A stretch of DNA of 64,000 bases from Sarea resinae (lineage: Eukaryota): assembly GCA_026026165.1 (NCBI GenBank), contig JAPEUD010000009.1, positions 1 to 64,000 of the forward strand. Direction: 5' to 3'. Numbering within the stretch: position 1 is the first letter of the stretch; each line of letters starts with the position of its first letter. The translations under genes and the position numbers were made by a program. The notes beneath the pieces are model-generated. The model was given only the letters and a program-made list of their open reading frames with translations. It had not been told where the DNA came from and searched no databases. Shown here piece after piece: positions 1 through 12,800 of this stretch.

Positions 1-49
<49 letters not shown>
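1..49. repeat. Poly-G homopolymer at the window edge
   Basis: 49 consecutive G from position 1; may extend beyond the window. Confidence 0.95.
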
Positions 50-50
<1 letters not shown>

Positions 51-2064
51 TGCTGATAGGGAAAATGGTCGGGATCATATCATTGGGACGGATTGGCCGT
101 TGCGCGTCCGCGATGCGATAGTCCATGCATAAGCGTCGAACCGTTTCTTTGGCGAGGTTCCTATAAAGGGGTCAGTCCGTGTGCTGACAGTTGCCATCTG
201 TCCCATGTAGTGTATGTAGTACGTCGTACGTAAGGAAGAAAAGGGTCGGCACAACGAGTCCAAAGAAGAATCAACGTGGGAGTATCATCACACGCTATGA
301 TCGTGAAAGGGAGGTCGAAAGAGGACCATGGTGGTGCCTCGGACGCTACAGCACCATCGTGCACAAGCTGGAGTCGTCGAAGCGGGTCGCTGGCCGGGCC
401 GGGGCCAAGAGCCAGGGGTCAGGGGAGGGGCTAGAGGCCGGGCCAGGGCCAGGGCAGGAGAGGGGGTATCCGTGCTGCTGTGCCATATGCGACGCCCACC
501 CTGCTAGTGAGGTCGGGCATATGTTCTCTTCCCGGGGGAGGGGATCAATGATCCATATGGCAGGCCAGACGGCGGCAGAAGATGATTATGCTTTCTTGGG
601 TCTGCGGGCAGCTGTCAAAACTTACCCAGAGAGAGACTGCAATATGTATGCATGCGGCGTGCATTGACGGATCCCTACGGACGTAGAGTACGATGAGTAG
701 GTATCTCAGAGACTCGATGCCATGGTGTTGGCGCGGCCGCTTTCGTGCATGCGTGCCACTCTTTGACCCACGGATTGATCGATCGAGAGGATAAAGGACG
801 ATACTCGGTAGGAAAGGAGTGCTACAGCGTAGAGCATGATAGTCTGCATTGGTGTCTTGCTGCCTTGCGGTCCCGCAGCCCATGATTCTACTGAGAGGGA
901 CAGGATGATTTCGGAGTTTAATCCCCTGAACTCCACTCTCTCCGGCTCTGGGTGGCCCTGAAGCGCAATGATCGCCCATGATTGCTGCAGGTATCATGAT
1001 CACTCGCTTGCGTCTTGCCGGAGAGGTGTCGGTCGTATTGGGTGCTGTGTGGTCGTAGTACTACGTAGTCGACGGCCAAGAGTCAGTCGACACTCCACTT
1101 CTCTTCTCGTCTCTTCTCTTCGCGCGGAGAGATCGTCTGGTCCGGTCTCGTCTCCATCACGTTCAGGCTTCGGCATCGTCTCTTAGCTCGTGATAGAGTC
1201 GACTGGCGTGCGGATTGTCCCTCGACCGAGATGCCAGTTCGGTGATGCATCCATCACGGGGCCGCCGTGATCATTGATCATTCCGAATATACTTCATAGA
1301 GAGGAGAGCTGTGGAGTACGACGTAGTAGGATTCTCTCTGCTCCCTTCTCTCGACACGGTATCATCATCCTCTGGTCTTCGTCTTCGCCTACTCTACTAG
1401 TCCTCGCTCCTCCACTGCGCCGAGAGCGAAAGGATCAGCTTAGCTCTCATCTCGACAGCACGACGCACTACGGACGACCATCTGCACACTACTCTACTCG
1501 TACCTCCTCTACTACTGCGCAGTCTCTTCGTACGGTTTGGATACATCTGCTTGCATGCAGGCGTGATGCATATCGCTTACCTCCTCCCTTAGACCATCGC
1601 TACCGTCGACTACTGCGGATTCTCTGCGACGGCTTTCGGCGTCCCCCCTGGAATCATAACACTCCCCTTACTCTACGCCCCCGTCCTCTGCCATACGCCG
1701 ACAGGATAGACTTCACCTGCGCCATGTACGACGAGTCCGTTCAATAGCGTCCATCTCGTGGGTCGTGGTTCCGGCATGTCAGATATAGCTTGCCTTCGCT
1801 CCTGGCCCCGGTGTTGGTCCTGGTTCCTGGTTCCTGGATCTTCTGCGTCTTGACCCGCGTCGGTGGAGGTGTCCCTTGGGCGGTGGTCTTGTTGACATTG
1901 TCCCTCTCGGTGGTGGGGTCGGTCTGTCATTCGATTGATCTCGACACCTGCGACATCGACATCAACCTCGGCCTCTCTTCTGCACTTCAAAAAATATCTC
2001 TCTCTCGCTCTCTGATCGTTTCGTATGACGGGTGAAGAGCGATCCCAGACCGGTGCGCCGAAAC

Positions 2065-3148
2065 ATGACAGACCCCGAGCAGAGCGGTTCGGGGCCTCCC
2101 GAACCGACGACCCCTGCCGAGGAAGGCGACCAAACAGAGGGTATCATATTAGAGCCAGAGGGCATTCTCCAGGAATCCGACGCCTGCTCGACGTCGGATA
2201 AATCCATGTAAGATGGACTCCATGTCTCCTTTGAACGTCGACTAATAAAATAGAAAATCCACCAAATCCTTGACCGATAGCCTTTTCGAAGTCGTCCTCG
2301 AGAATGGTCGACAATACTGCAACGACACCTATTTCATGCCCAACGACGATGCCGAGCTGACACGTCTCAACATCATCCATCAGGTCAACCTCCTCGTCCT
2401 CGATGGCGACCTCACCAAGGTCCCCATCGTCGACTCCATGCGACGTTGCCTCGACGTCGGCACCGGTGCGGGAGACTGGGCAATCGAATTCGCCGAACAA
2501 TATCCAGACATCGAAGTCGTCGGCACGGACCTGAGTCCTTTTCAGCCTGAAGAAGTGCCCTCGAACCTCTATTTCGAGGTCGACGATGCGACCGAGGAAT
2601 GGACCTTCTCGGAGCCTTTCGACTTTATTCACATGCGCCATCTCGCGGGGTCCTTTTCGGACTGGATGACCATCTACAAAGAAGCATACAAGAACCTGCG
2701 TCCCGGTGGATATCTCGAGATTGCCGAGTTTGAGCACATGCAAATGTCGCGCGAGTACCCGGATTCTTACGTCAATATCTGGGTCACGGCCAAGCAGTCG
2801 GCGGCCGAGCTCGCGGGGACGCCGCGTACCGTCGCACATCTCAAGCGGTCGATGCTAGAAGCGGCTGGATTCTGTGACATCGAGACAACCGTCATCGATG
2901 TACCCCTGGGGACCTGGCCCGAGGATGCGAGGAAACTGGCCATCGGAAAGCTGTGGCTCATCAGTACATTGGAAGGGCTCGAGGCCGCGAGTATGAGGTT
3001 GTTGACGAACCAATTGGGCTGGGGGCCGGGGCAAGTCAAGGAGATTTGTGAAAAGGTCAGAACGGAGTTGATCATGGGTTTTGGCCAAGTCTACACGCCA
3101 TTCTATTTTGTCACTGCCAGGAAGCCGATTGATTCTCCCCGAGTTTGA
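2065..3148 (+). CDS. Class I SAM-dependent methyltransferase, LaeA/TAM-like fungal family; 2 exons
   Basis: SAM motif I LDVGTGAGDW, GTDLSPFQP, FEVDDA, FDFIHMR, LRPGGYLE and family N-terminal ENGRQY..Y.MPNDDAE..RL. ATG 2065 joins ORF 2270..3148 in frame through intron 2208-2253 (GTAAGA..CTAAT..TAG). Confidence 0.9.
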
Positions 3149-3976
3149 TTAGCCTGGCGCCGTTTTGGTCTGTCTGATTGTCAGGCGTTGGGGTGGGAGA
3201 CGCGGTTGGTCTGTTGCATATGTCTTGTGATGCCGCGCGAGGAAGACGGACTTTACTAACGATTGACGACAATGTTTCTCATTTTGGGATTATGTTTGTA
3301 TCATATCTTCATGGGTCTAGACATCGGCAGAAATACAGTCACAGCCTCATCACTTGTGGTGTTTACTCTATGAGACCCTAGGGTGTGCTATCTAAATGTG
3401 ATTTGAGAAGATATAACCTTGATATCTTAGTTGTGGCTTGTAGTATCCGCTGTTGTTTAGTTACTATTCTTACATGCATTGATATTTCAGAAGACTTTCT
3501 CTTCAACTAAGGAATAGTAAATAAGAAAGCACTAGGGGTTTAATGAAGATCTAAGTCTTACAGTTTTATGCTAGAATTACCGAAGTCTAGACTATATTCT
3601 CATTTCAGTATATCCAACAGCCGAAAGGCAATTCTAGAACTAAAGATAAACATAGAGTCTGTTCACAGCTACGGGGCGTTTTGATTGAAGCTGTTTCAAG
3701 AGCGGTACCTCTCAGGTACTCTTTCTGCACGTGTAGGTTGGGGTTCAAATCGGTACTGCATCGGTACCTTTTTAACAACATGCCTCATCGCGAGGTTGCG
3801 GCTCAAAAGCTTATTTCCCCAAAATCCTTCGACCACATGTTAGGAGACCCTTGATCGGCTCTAGAATTACATACAGCTTCATTATCAATATCCTTCCATT
3901 GCGCCAGCCTGGTCTCTATCACTCTCCAGCTTCTGATCTTACCGGCTGTTGAGTTGCGCGGCCGTCCACTGCGGCC

Positions 3977-5954
3977 ATGGCGCCCAACATTCCGTCATCC
4001 AAGATCACCCTCTCTTATCCCCTCTACGCAGCAGCAATACATCCGCATGATGATAGCCGGCTTCTCGTTGGAGGCGGAGGCGGTGAAGGTCGCAGCGGCG
4101 TGGGAAACAAGATCGTTCGTATGAACAACACTTTCGCGATTCATGCGCTGACAGATTCAGACGCTTCTCGACGCAACATCGCAAACCGAGATATCTAATC
4201 TAGCGGAGATAGAGCTGTCGAGAGATGAAGATTCGGTCACTTCGCTGGCGGCGACGAGCATTGGGGAGTCACTGGTAGCATTCGCTGGCATCAATTCTTC
4301 GAGCGAGGAGCAAAAGGCGGGGAAGAATGAACACCTGCGATCCTTCATCGTTACGTTGCCCGCAAAAGAGAAGAGCGATGGTTCGAACAAGGCGTCAATC
4401 TCGGCAGTTGAAGGTGGCCGAACGTCTCTCTTCACTCCCTCTACAGCAGCCACGAAAGAAACATATCAAAGAGTAATCCGAGTATCGCGACCCCATCCCT
4501 CGACCACGCCGACTTCTCTACCGCGTCTGGGAGCAGTCGCAACAGGCTTGGCACCAAAGGGCCAGATCATCGTCTTCAACGCCAGCACAACAACACCCCA
4601 TGAGTCAGACGTCTGCGGTCGAATAACGCTGGCCGAGAAACAAGAAGCCGCCGATCTCGACATCCTCGAGACGAGCAGTGATGGCGATTATTCTCTGGCA
4701 TACTGCACCGACCATGAAGTCTACCTCTACAAATTCTCCTACAACCCAAACACCAAGAAAGCCGAACCAATCTTTTCGAAACCCCTCTTCCTCCACGAGC
4801 TTCTCCATCCCGACGCCTTCAGCTCGCCTGCCCGACCCACCTTCCGCGCCCTCCGCTTCCTCACCCCCACTTTGCTTGTTGTCCTGCTCAACCGCCCCGG
4901 ACGTTCGGGGTCCGAAGTGCATGTTCTGCACATAGCTGGTAGAGCAGCTGGCTGCGGTGATGTGGTTCTCCGCAAACGTCTACATTCATCAATGAAGGCC
5001 GCCACGGGACTGGATGTTTCGGTCTTGCAATCGGACGACATCAACGGTGATAAGCAATTCGTCATCGCGGCCGCGGGGCAGGACATTTCGATCGAGATTT
5101 TGACGCTCGATTACAAGGGAGATGCCAAGGGAGGCGAGGGGAAGCTGGGAAAACTCAACGTCTTCACGGTCCTGAGAGAAGTGCATCCGCTGCAAATGAC
5201 CAGCATTGCACTTTCGACGTTTTCGCGATCAGCAGCACCATCCCAACCACCACACATCCGCCTGGTGTCAGTAAGCATGGGAAATACAGCAGTCGTGCAC
5301 ACGCTACCTCTAATACCGCTTCCACCACCCTCGAAGCCGTCAACGAAAACAAAGACCCCAACAAACCGCTACGTCCTCACTTCCCCGCAGACAAGCACGA
5401 CGGTCGCCACAATCTCATCCACCCTGCTACTAACCCTCCTCGTCCTCCTCGCCGCCTTCCTGACGCAGAACCTTTTCGTGGAGCCGTCGACATCAAAGCT
5501 GCCACCGCTGCCGGCGCCGCTGCAGAGCGTGCTCGATTCCTACCGGCCTTACCTACCGCATCTCCCCCTGAGCTTTCCCACCTGGCCCGCGCCGGCGGAG
5601 TCGACGTCGCCATCTGTGTCTCCGTCTGCTGACGCCGATACCGCGCCCACGGACACTTTGCACGAGGCCGTCGTCACGCCCACGACCGTCGACCCGGACA
5701 CAGGGACGTACGGGACGGCGCCATCGCCTGGACCCACGGACATGGACGACGAGGCGGAGCCTGAGCCCGTGTCCGAGCCGGAGCTCAACCCTGATGTCGA
5801 TCCCACGGCCACAAAGTTAGATACAGACACAGAATCAGAGATACAAGGAGAGGGAGGCGGAGAGGCAGGTGCGCACGGTGACGCGCAATCCAACGCAGCC
5901 GATCCCGCTCCGCCCATCCCTGCGCCTTTGGATGGTACGGCTGAAGCTACTTGA
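3977..5954 (+). CDS. SEC12: Sec12/PREB guanine-nucleotide exchange factor for Sar1 (beta-propeller, TM helix, acidic Pro/Thr-rich tail); 2 exons
   Basis: K-loop GGGGGEGRSGVGNKI near the N-terminus. Intron 4115-4160 (GTTCGT..CTGAC..CAG) restores the frame into ORF 4356..5954. Hydrophobic segment TLLLTLLVLLAAFLT. Confidence 0.88.
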
Positions 5955-6792
5955 GCGTCTGTGCTTTCTTCTTTTTCTTCTCTGCAGGGGGTGTTGGAAG
6001 TACTTGGGCATGTCGACGTGGACGTGAACGGGGACGGGGACGGGAAAAACGCGGAATTGGGGACTCCGGGATGGGGGTCGGGAATCAGGGATGCGAATGC
6101 GGCAAAGCGGACCAGAGGGCCTTTTTTTTCCTTTTTTTTCTTTTTTCAGTGCTTTTGTGTTCTTGTTGTAAATCCTCTTCTAGTAGTGGAAATGCCAGTC
6201 CTCCGGGTGTTTTTTTCCCTATGGGCTTTTCTGGTGATGGTAGTCCTTGGCTGTGGGTTCTTCTGTAGGTCTTGGGGCTGGACTCTGCTCTGCTTTGCTT
6301 TTGTCTTGACATTGATGTGGACGTGGACGTGGACGTGGACGTTGACATTGACCTACATACATACATACGCTCGTGCACAAGAAAAACCGTTTCTTCATTG
6401 ATCGAATTGATCGAATGAATGAATGAATAGGAGTGGGAAAAGAAAAGGATAGGGTTTTCTATTAATGTACTGATGTACTAGTGTACTATCTGATCTGATC
6501 TGATCCGGTCTATCTATTCGAAGAGCTAAGCCTGACAGGGGGGTGTTCTTTTTATACGGGAGGGGAGAGGAGGGGAGAGAGGTGGTGATGATGATGATGG
6601 TGGTGGTGATGATGATGATGGGGGAGTTTACCACCCTCCCCCCCCCTTCAGCCCTCTGCGGTCTGCGGTCTGCGGTCCCATCTCGTTAGGGCTCCGTCGA
6701 CTTTTAGTGATTCGGCTTTATCTGCCTGTATCACTTCCCCTTCCCCTTCCCCCTCCCCTCCCCTCCCCTCCCTTCTACATGTGCTTTTGCGT

Positions 6793-6864
6793 GTGCTTGT
6801 GCTTGTGCTTGTGCTTGTGCTTGTGCTTGTGCTTGTGCTTGTGCTTGTGCTTGTGCTCGTGCTT
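6793..6864. repeat. (GTGCTT)n hexanucleotide microsatellite, ~12 units
   Basis: Ten perfect units followed by gtgctc gtgctt, between the convergent SEC12 and RIX1 ends. Confidence 0.95.
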
Positions 6865-6940
6865 CTGCTGGAGCTAGTGATCTTTTCCCCCGTCGTCGTC
6901 ATCACTCATGCCCGACTCGTCGCTCGTCACGCGTCACTCG

Positions 6941-9522
6941 TCACGCTTCGCCATCGTCGGGACTAGAGTCGGATTCGTCGTCCGTGGTGTCTGCATCGAC
7001 GACGAGTTCGGGGATCGAGAAGGCGTCGTCGTCGTCGTCGTCGTCGTTGTTGTCGTTGTCAGCGGCGGCGGTGGCGGCGGCGCGTGTTGGAGAAGGCTGT
7101 TGGGTTCTGGTGTTTGTGGCGGTCGTGGCGCTAGGAGCTGTGGTGAGGGTCGAGGTGGTGGTGGTGGCTGCGGTGGTGGTGGCTGCCCTCATTTCATACG
7201 ACGACACTGTCTCTCCCTCCCGGTACACGTCTGTGTGCTCGCGCGATGATGAGAGGTTGGATGGAGATGCGGACGGTGATTCTTCTTCGGCGAGGCCGGA
7301 GAGACGGGCGCGTTTGTTGGGCTGGGCGCCGGTAGTCAGCGTCGTCGGCGCCGGAGAGACGGCGTTCGAGGCCGAGACCGAGAGGAACGAGGCCGAGGCT
7401 GTGCGTTTGGTCGAGGGAAATGCCGACGATGGCATCGATGATGTCGTTTCCATCTGGATGTCCTCTGCCGCGTCGTGCTCTTCTGGATTATTATTTTCCT
7501 CGCCCTGCTCCTCCTCTTCTTCCTCTTCGTCATCATCATCGGCCAGACCAGTCAAGAGAACCGGCATCCGCGGCCGCAGCAGCGCCTCCATCTCCAGACT
7601 GTCCGGGCGACTGGCCCGCGCTAGAAGCGGGAGGATACTACTGGTGATCTTGGCGCCCTTTTTGCTTGGGGCTGGGTTCAGCACGCTTGCGAGCATGGCG
7701 GCGTGGTGGCGCGTCAGGATGGCGGTGCGGTCGAGCTGGGCGCGGAGGGGGGACGGGAGGAGCCGTGGCGGGATGTACGTGAGGACGTGGGGCAGGAGTG
7801 TCGTTGCTGCTGCGTGGAGGCCTGGGAGGCATGGTGAGAGGTTAGTGGTGGCGGCGGCGGCGTGGGACGCAGGGAGGTATGCGTCTGCGTTTGCGTTGGA
7901 GGTGCTGGCTTGGGCTTTTTGCTTCTTGGATGAGGCGCTGGATGATGTCGTTGGGACGACTGACTGGGTACTGGGGAGCAGGTCGGCACAGCATGATGTT
8001 ATTATCTTCTTCAGAGGTGAGAGGGACGGCTTGCTCAAGGAGGGGCCGATGAGAGCAAGGATCGAGGTCACCACGGTGTAAGTAGCGGTGCGGATATCAC
8101 TGCTTTTGGTCAGTACTGCGATTTTCTTTTCTTAGGAAGCGAAACACGTACACGCTCGAGCTTTCGGCGCGAAAGACCCAGCATATCTGGTCGAGGATGC
8201 CAAAGGCCAGCGGCACAAAGGCCACGCCGAGTCGGTGGACGAGAGAGAGGACGATTTCAAGGCCGGAAATGTGCAGCTGCGGCAAGCCAGCCCAGAGGCC
8301 TTCTCGCTCGTCTCGTTCAATCTCCGGGTTGAGTCGCACGCTTCCCTGCCAGTCGTTGACGTCTCGACTGTTCGGCACGGTAAGAGAAAATATTCGCGTC
8401 AGCAGGTCGGTCAGAAGCCCCACTGGCAATGTAATAGCAGAGGCCGTAGGCATGACCAAGAATTGCCTCAATAATTCCAAAAGCCCTCTCAACCGCTCAA
8501 TGCCTGCGTCGATCCCGCTCCACTGCGGCAAGCTCATGATGTCGACTCCGCCGTCGCTGACGACTTGGTTGAATTTGGTGTGGTCTGGCCCCGGCGTTGG
8601 CGGCGCTCCGGCGACGGATTCCCAGTCCTCGATCACGGCGCGGAAGACTTGGTCGGTGGTGTGGTGAATATTCGATATGGTTGTCCGGAAGGCCTTGGCC
8701 CATTCTTCGCCCGATGCGTCTTTTGCGGCGCAGTGGTGGACGAGGACGAACAGTTTCCGCGCCGTGTCGGAGGTCTGTGGCGACACGAATAGGCCATTCT
8801 CGCCAATGGAACAAGGAGTCGGCGCTATCAGGGGGAGGACCAGAGCGTGGATCTGCGTGGCAAATGGCCGAAAGGTCGTCGGATGGCGAGGAAGAAGGTT
8901 GCAGAATGCGTCCAGAACGAGGCATAGGAGAGGGTTTTGGATGTTCGGTTGTCGTGGGCCGGCCGAAGACGATTTCAGTGAAACAAGATTCAAACACGCC
9001 GTGATAAAGGCGGGCAGGGACGGTGTGGTTATCTCTCGGACCAACGTCTGGTAGCTATGGGTCAGGAGAAAGATTCTGGTCAATGTGATGACGCAGAACT
9101 TCTTGGTCGTCGAGGGATCCGGTCTCTAGAATCGAGTCAGCATGTCCTGCTGTGTTTTGCGCATCACGGAATCATACCCCCAGTATTCCTATCATTGCCC
9201 GGACCCAGGGATCACATGTTCGTAGCACCTCCCAGCCCCCCAGCTCCACGATGCTCTTCACCAGCGCCACGCCCGCCCATCTGCCTTCCACGGTCCTGCT
9301 CTGGACCAGAGAGGTTATTTGCGTCTTGAACTTGTGCACCAGCACCGCCGAGTCGGATGCCTCCCTTGTCGCCACATGGCTATCAGGCGACGACAGTATG
9401 GTCTTGCATGCCGCGAGAGTAGACAAGAGGTGCGGTAGAGTCTGAGGGAGCTGTTTGGCCGGCGTTGTGGAAATGCGGTGCGTGACCGTTCGCAATTGCG
9501 ACAGAGGAGAAAACGAGGCCAT
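6941..9522 (-). CDS. RIX1: Pre-rRNA-processing protein Rix1 (PELP1 family); 3 exons
   Basis: N-terminal HKFKTQITSL..GRWAGVALVK..GGWEVL..WVR, then TLTRIFLLT..YQTLVREITTPSLP and HPTTFRPF; C-terminal EALLRPRMP and acidic tail. Introns 9126-9177 and 8100-8151 give a continuous frame. Confidence 0.9.
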
Positions 9523-9899
9523 GGCGTCGTCGCAATGGATATCGCGGTCAGGAACGGATCAAGCTCAGTGCGATGAATTGAATGCGCCACACTCTCGATC
9601 CATTGCGGTGTATTGCTGAATTTGCAGGAATCCTTGGGCTGAATGCGCGCCGCGTGGGAAAAAGTTGCGGTGGCCGAGCCAAGCTTTGTGGGGAAGAGAA
9701 GCGACATTGGATGGATGGCGTGGCAGCTGTACGGCGTATGCTGTGTAGAAGTACGATGCTGTGCAAAACAACGAAACCACCTTCACTTCCACTTCCACTT
9801 CTACATTGCTCTCGACAAAACTCAATATGGACCGGCCTGCGTCATGATAGTATCGAGGGCGCGGAAGAGAATGATCGATAGCATTCTCGCTTGGACAAG

Positions 9900-12800
9900 A
9901 TGAGTGTACGACGCCCTCGGTGCCCCCAGTGTTTACACCCAAATGGCACCCCCTCGACAATCCCTCAATCCCAACGTTTTCTCGGCAGTGCAAGTCTATA
10001 GTCACTGACTCTTGATCTAGCACAAGGAGAATGAGAAGGCGTCGCGGTATATCGGCTTGTTGGATGCAGCGCGAAGTGAGGGAGACTGGCAGAGCGTGCC
10101 TGAGCTTATCCGGAAGGTGACGAAGCATGCGCCTCATCGAAAATGTACGAAAATCAAAGAAACCCAAGACCACGCTTGCTGATCTTCAAACCCAGGCCTC
10201 ATACTCGTTGCAAAGTCCGAGAACCAGGTAGCTACGCAATCCATCAAACGGCCGTCAACTGCTGCATCGACTTCGGCCTCTGGTTTACCGTCACTCATAC
10301 CTCCCCTCCTTACCGCCGTCGAGAGTGAAGAAACATATCTCCAGGACGCATTTCAAGCGCGGGTCTGTCTTGGAGAAGTCCATTGGGTATTAGGTGAACC
10401 AGGGCTCGCCGCTGCGAGGCTACCGAAGAATGTTCAAGCAACTTTGGTAGACTTGACCGAGCAAGGCGAAGAGTTGTCAAGTTGGTCGCGGATATGCGCT
10501 GTCAAGAGTGCCTATATCTTGGGTCAGTAACCCGGAAGAGTAGCTAAACAAGGCGCTAACAATTACAGGCGAATGTCAAGGGAGAATCACGACCGCGTCC
10601 GAGGCAGAGGAAGCATATGCTTCCGTCATACCACTAATCGCAAAGAACCCCGGTCACTTCTCCAATGGAAGCTCGAGGTTACGCTTCTGGACCGAACGAC
10701 TGCTCGCTCGATACAGTCTGCTCGCAAGCAAGATCGCCTCGGAAGAGCCCCTTGACAGTGTAGAAGATGATACAGCGCTGGAAGCGTTTAGACTATGGGC
10801 CAAGTTCTGGGAGAGTCGACTTGGCCAAGGGGCCAAGGTCGTCGAGGGTGCAGTACCACAAATGGGCTTTCCGCGGCGACATGTTTGGAAGGCCTATTAC
10901 GAGACCCTGTCAAGGGTACTGCAGGTCCGATTGCGGGCATCGTCCGATGCGCCATTCATATATCAACTGATGGTAGAGATGAAGCGTGTGGAAACGAGCT
11001 ACGAAGCATTGCTGATGAAGGAAGTTGGATTTCCAAAAGCAAGCGCAAGAAATAAAGAGATAGAGGAATGGGTGGAGACTGTCGTGCAAAATTGGACCAT
11101 CATTCGTGATACCTGCACCGACGATGCTTTGGGTGAGGGTGGCCTCGAAGGCCTGACGCGTAATGTCCTTGATGTAAGTCGGGAGTTCTATTGATCTAGG
11201 GGGCCGTCTAATCGATTTGGCAGATTCTATTCCGTGCGGCGACGAAAACATTCCACTCGACCCAGATTCTACGACACTTGTTCATCGTTCACGCTGCTCT
11301 TGCAGACTTTGATTTAGCATTCCAGGCATTCGACTCATACTTGGAGATCATCACCAGGGGAAAAGCACGCTCCGCAAAGACTGGCGAGATTGATCACTCT
11401 CTCGATGACGACGAAACAGTCTTGAGAACGGCCGCTGACGCTATCGCGATACTGTGCCGCTTTGGTCCCAGGTCGGCTGCGGAGAAGGCCAACGATCTGA
11501 GCTTGACAATAGAAGGCTGGTTGAAGCATAACCATCCTGATTTCACATCGAAAGCAACTGCTCAAGCTACAACAATGGATGGCGAAGCTTCTGAATCGGA
11601 TGACGAGAGCTTGACGACAAAATCACAAGTGTCAAGAAAGGGGTTAGCAGCGACCTACCGGGCAATTGGAATAAGCCAGGCGCACTGGGCTAGACATACT
11701 TATGACGCTGCCTCGCGGACTGAAATTCAGGAAAAAGCGGCGAGATACTTCCGGAAAGCCTTGGCCCCTGAACAAGAAGATACGGAAAGTCTGGATTCAT
11801 TGTTTGGTCTAGGCTTATTACTTGCCGAGATGCGCGACATCGACGGCGCTATAGCAGTCGTCAAACACGCCTTGACGCCAAGAGCACGGAAAACCTCACC
11901 AATTGACCAAGATCGGATCGAACTAAAAATCAAGAGGAAGCTGATCCCAGTATGGCACATTCTGGCTTTACTTTTGAGCGCTAGACAGGAGTTTGCTACC
12001 GCAATCAAAACATGTGAAGCCGCATTCGAACAATTTGGCGGCCCTGCCGTCCTTTTCGGCCGAGCGACCTCTTTTGTTTCAGTACAGAGTCCAAGTGTTT
12101 CGCCTGCACAGTCACTCAAGAAGCCTACAAGAGGGCTTGTCGATCAATTAGAAGGATTCGAAAAGGAGAGTATTATCCAGATCAAGATGACTCAGCTCGC
12201 TCTGTTGGAACTGCTCGAGGGGCCTGACATTGCAGTCAATGCCAGTAACGATCTTTTGGCATTGTATGCTAGACTATTTGGGGATCTTCAGGATCGACAG
12301 ACAGCGGGGCTTGCCCCATCTGCAATGATGCCCCCGAAAAGCTCTGCCGGTACTATCAGAAGCCTTGGAGGCAGTCTTTTCGGTCGACCGAAGAGTGTAA
12401 GGAAGAGCCTTCCACCGAGCGCGACGACTCCTGCTCGGCCGCAGACTGCAATCCCTTCTCGGCCTCAGACTATGGCAAGTCAAGTCACAACAGCTCCGAC
12501 AATCCAAGTGACCAGTGAAAATGGGGCCACTCCAGAAACCCACCGTCACCACCAAATCTTCCATCACGAAGGTCAAGTTGGTGGCCAGAAGCGAAACCGA
12601 AGCTTGAAGAAGACGAAAAGCTTAGGAAACATTGCCCGTTCTGCGGCGACCGGCTCGGAGAAAGTCCCTACGGATGACCCAAAGCGTCGGCCAAATGCTC
12701 AGAGTGCTGACCAACTTGGAGCAACCGACGAGCGGGACAGGCGGCTCAGTACGTTGACATCGCCGAGTCAGGTCGGTCTCGCTGTGTCTCCAGATAGTCC

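Noticed and set aside
75..2035. Several 60-160 aa ORFs upstream of the methyltransferase
   Set aside because: They overlap on both strands with no motifs or consistent codon bias; likely promoter or 5' leader.
2065..3148. Calling the methyltransferase laeA or part of a secondary-metabolite cluster
   Set aside because: The family has many paralogs and orthology cannot be judged by eye; no PKS, NRPS or tailoring genes are in the window.
3735..3760. GGTTCAAATC B-box/T-loop-like word
   Set aside because: No acceptor, D or anticodon stems could be built around it.
5935..6401. Possible extra SEC12 exon via GTACGG(5935)..CAG(5987), and ORFs 5951..6268 and 5961..6401
   Set aside because: No good branch site, and the products are translations of simple repeats and T-runs typical of a 3' UTR.
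6984..8081. 365-aa + strand ORF
   Set aside because: Antisense shadow of the GC-rich RIX1 last exon; no ATG start and no independent motifs.
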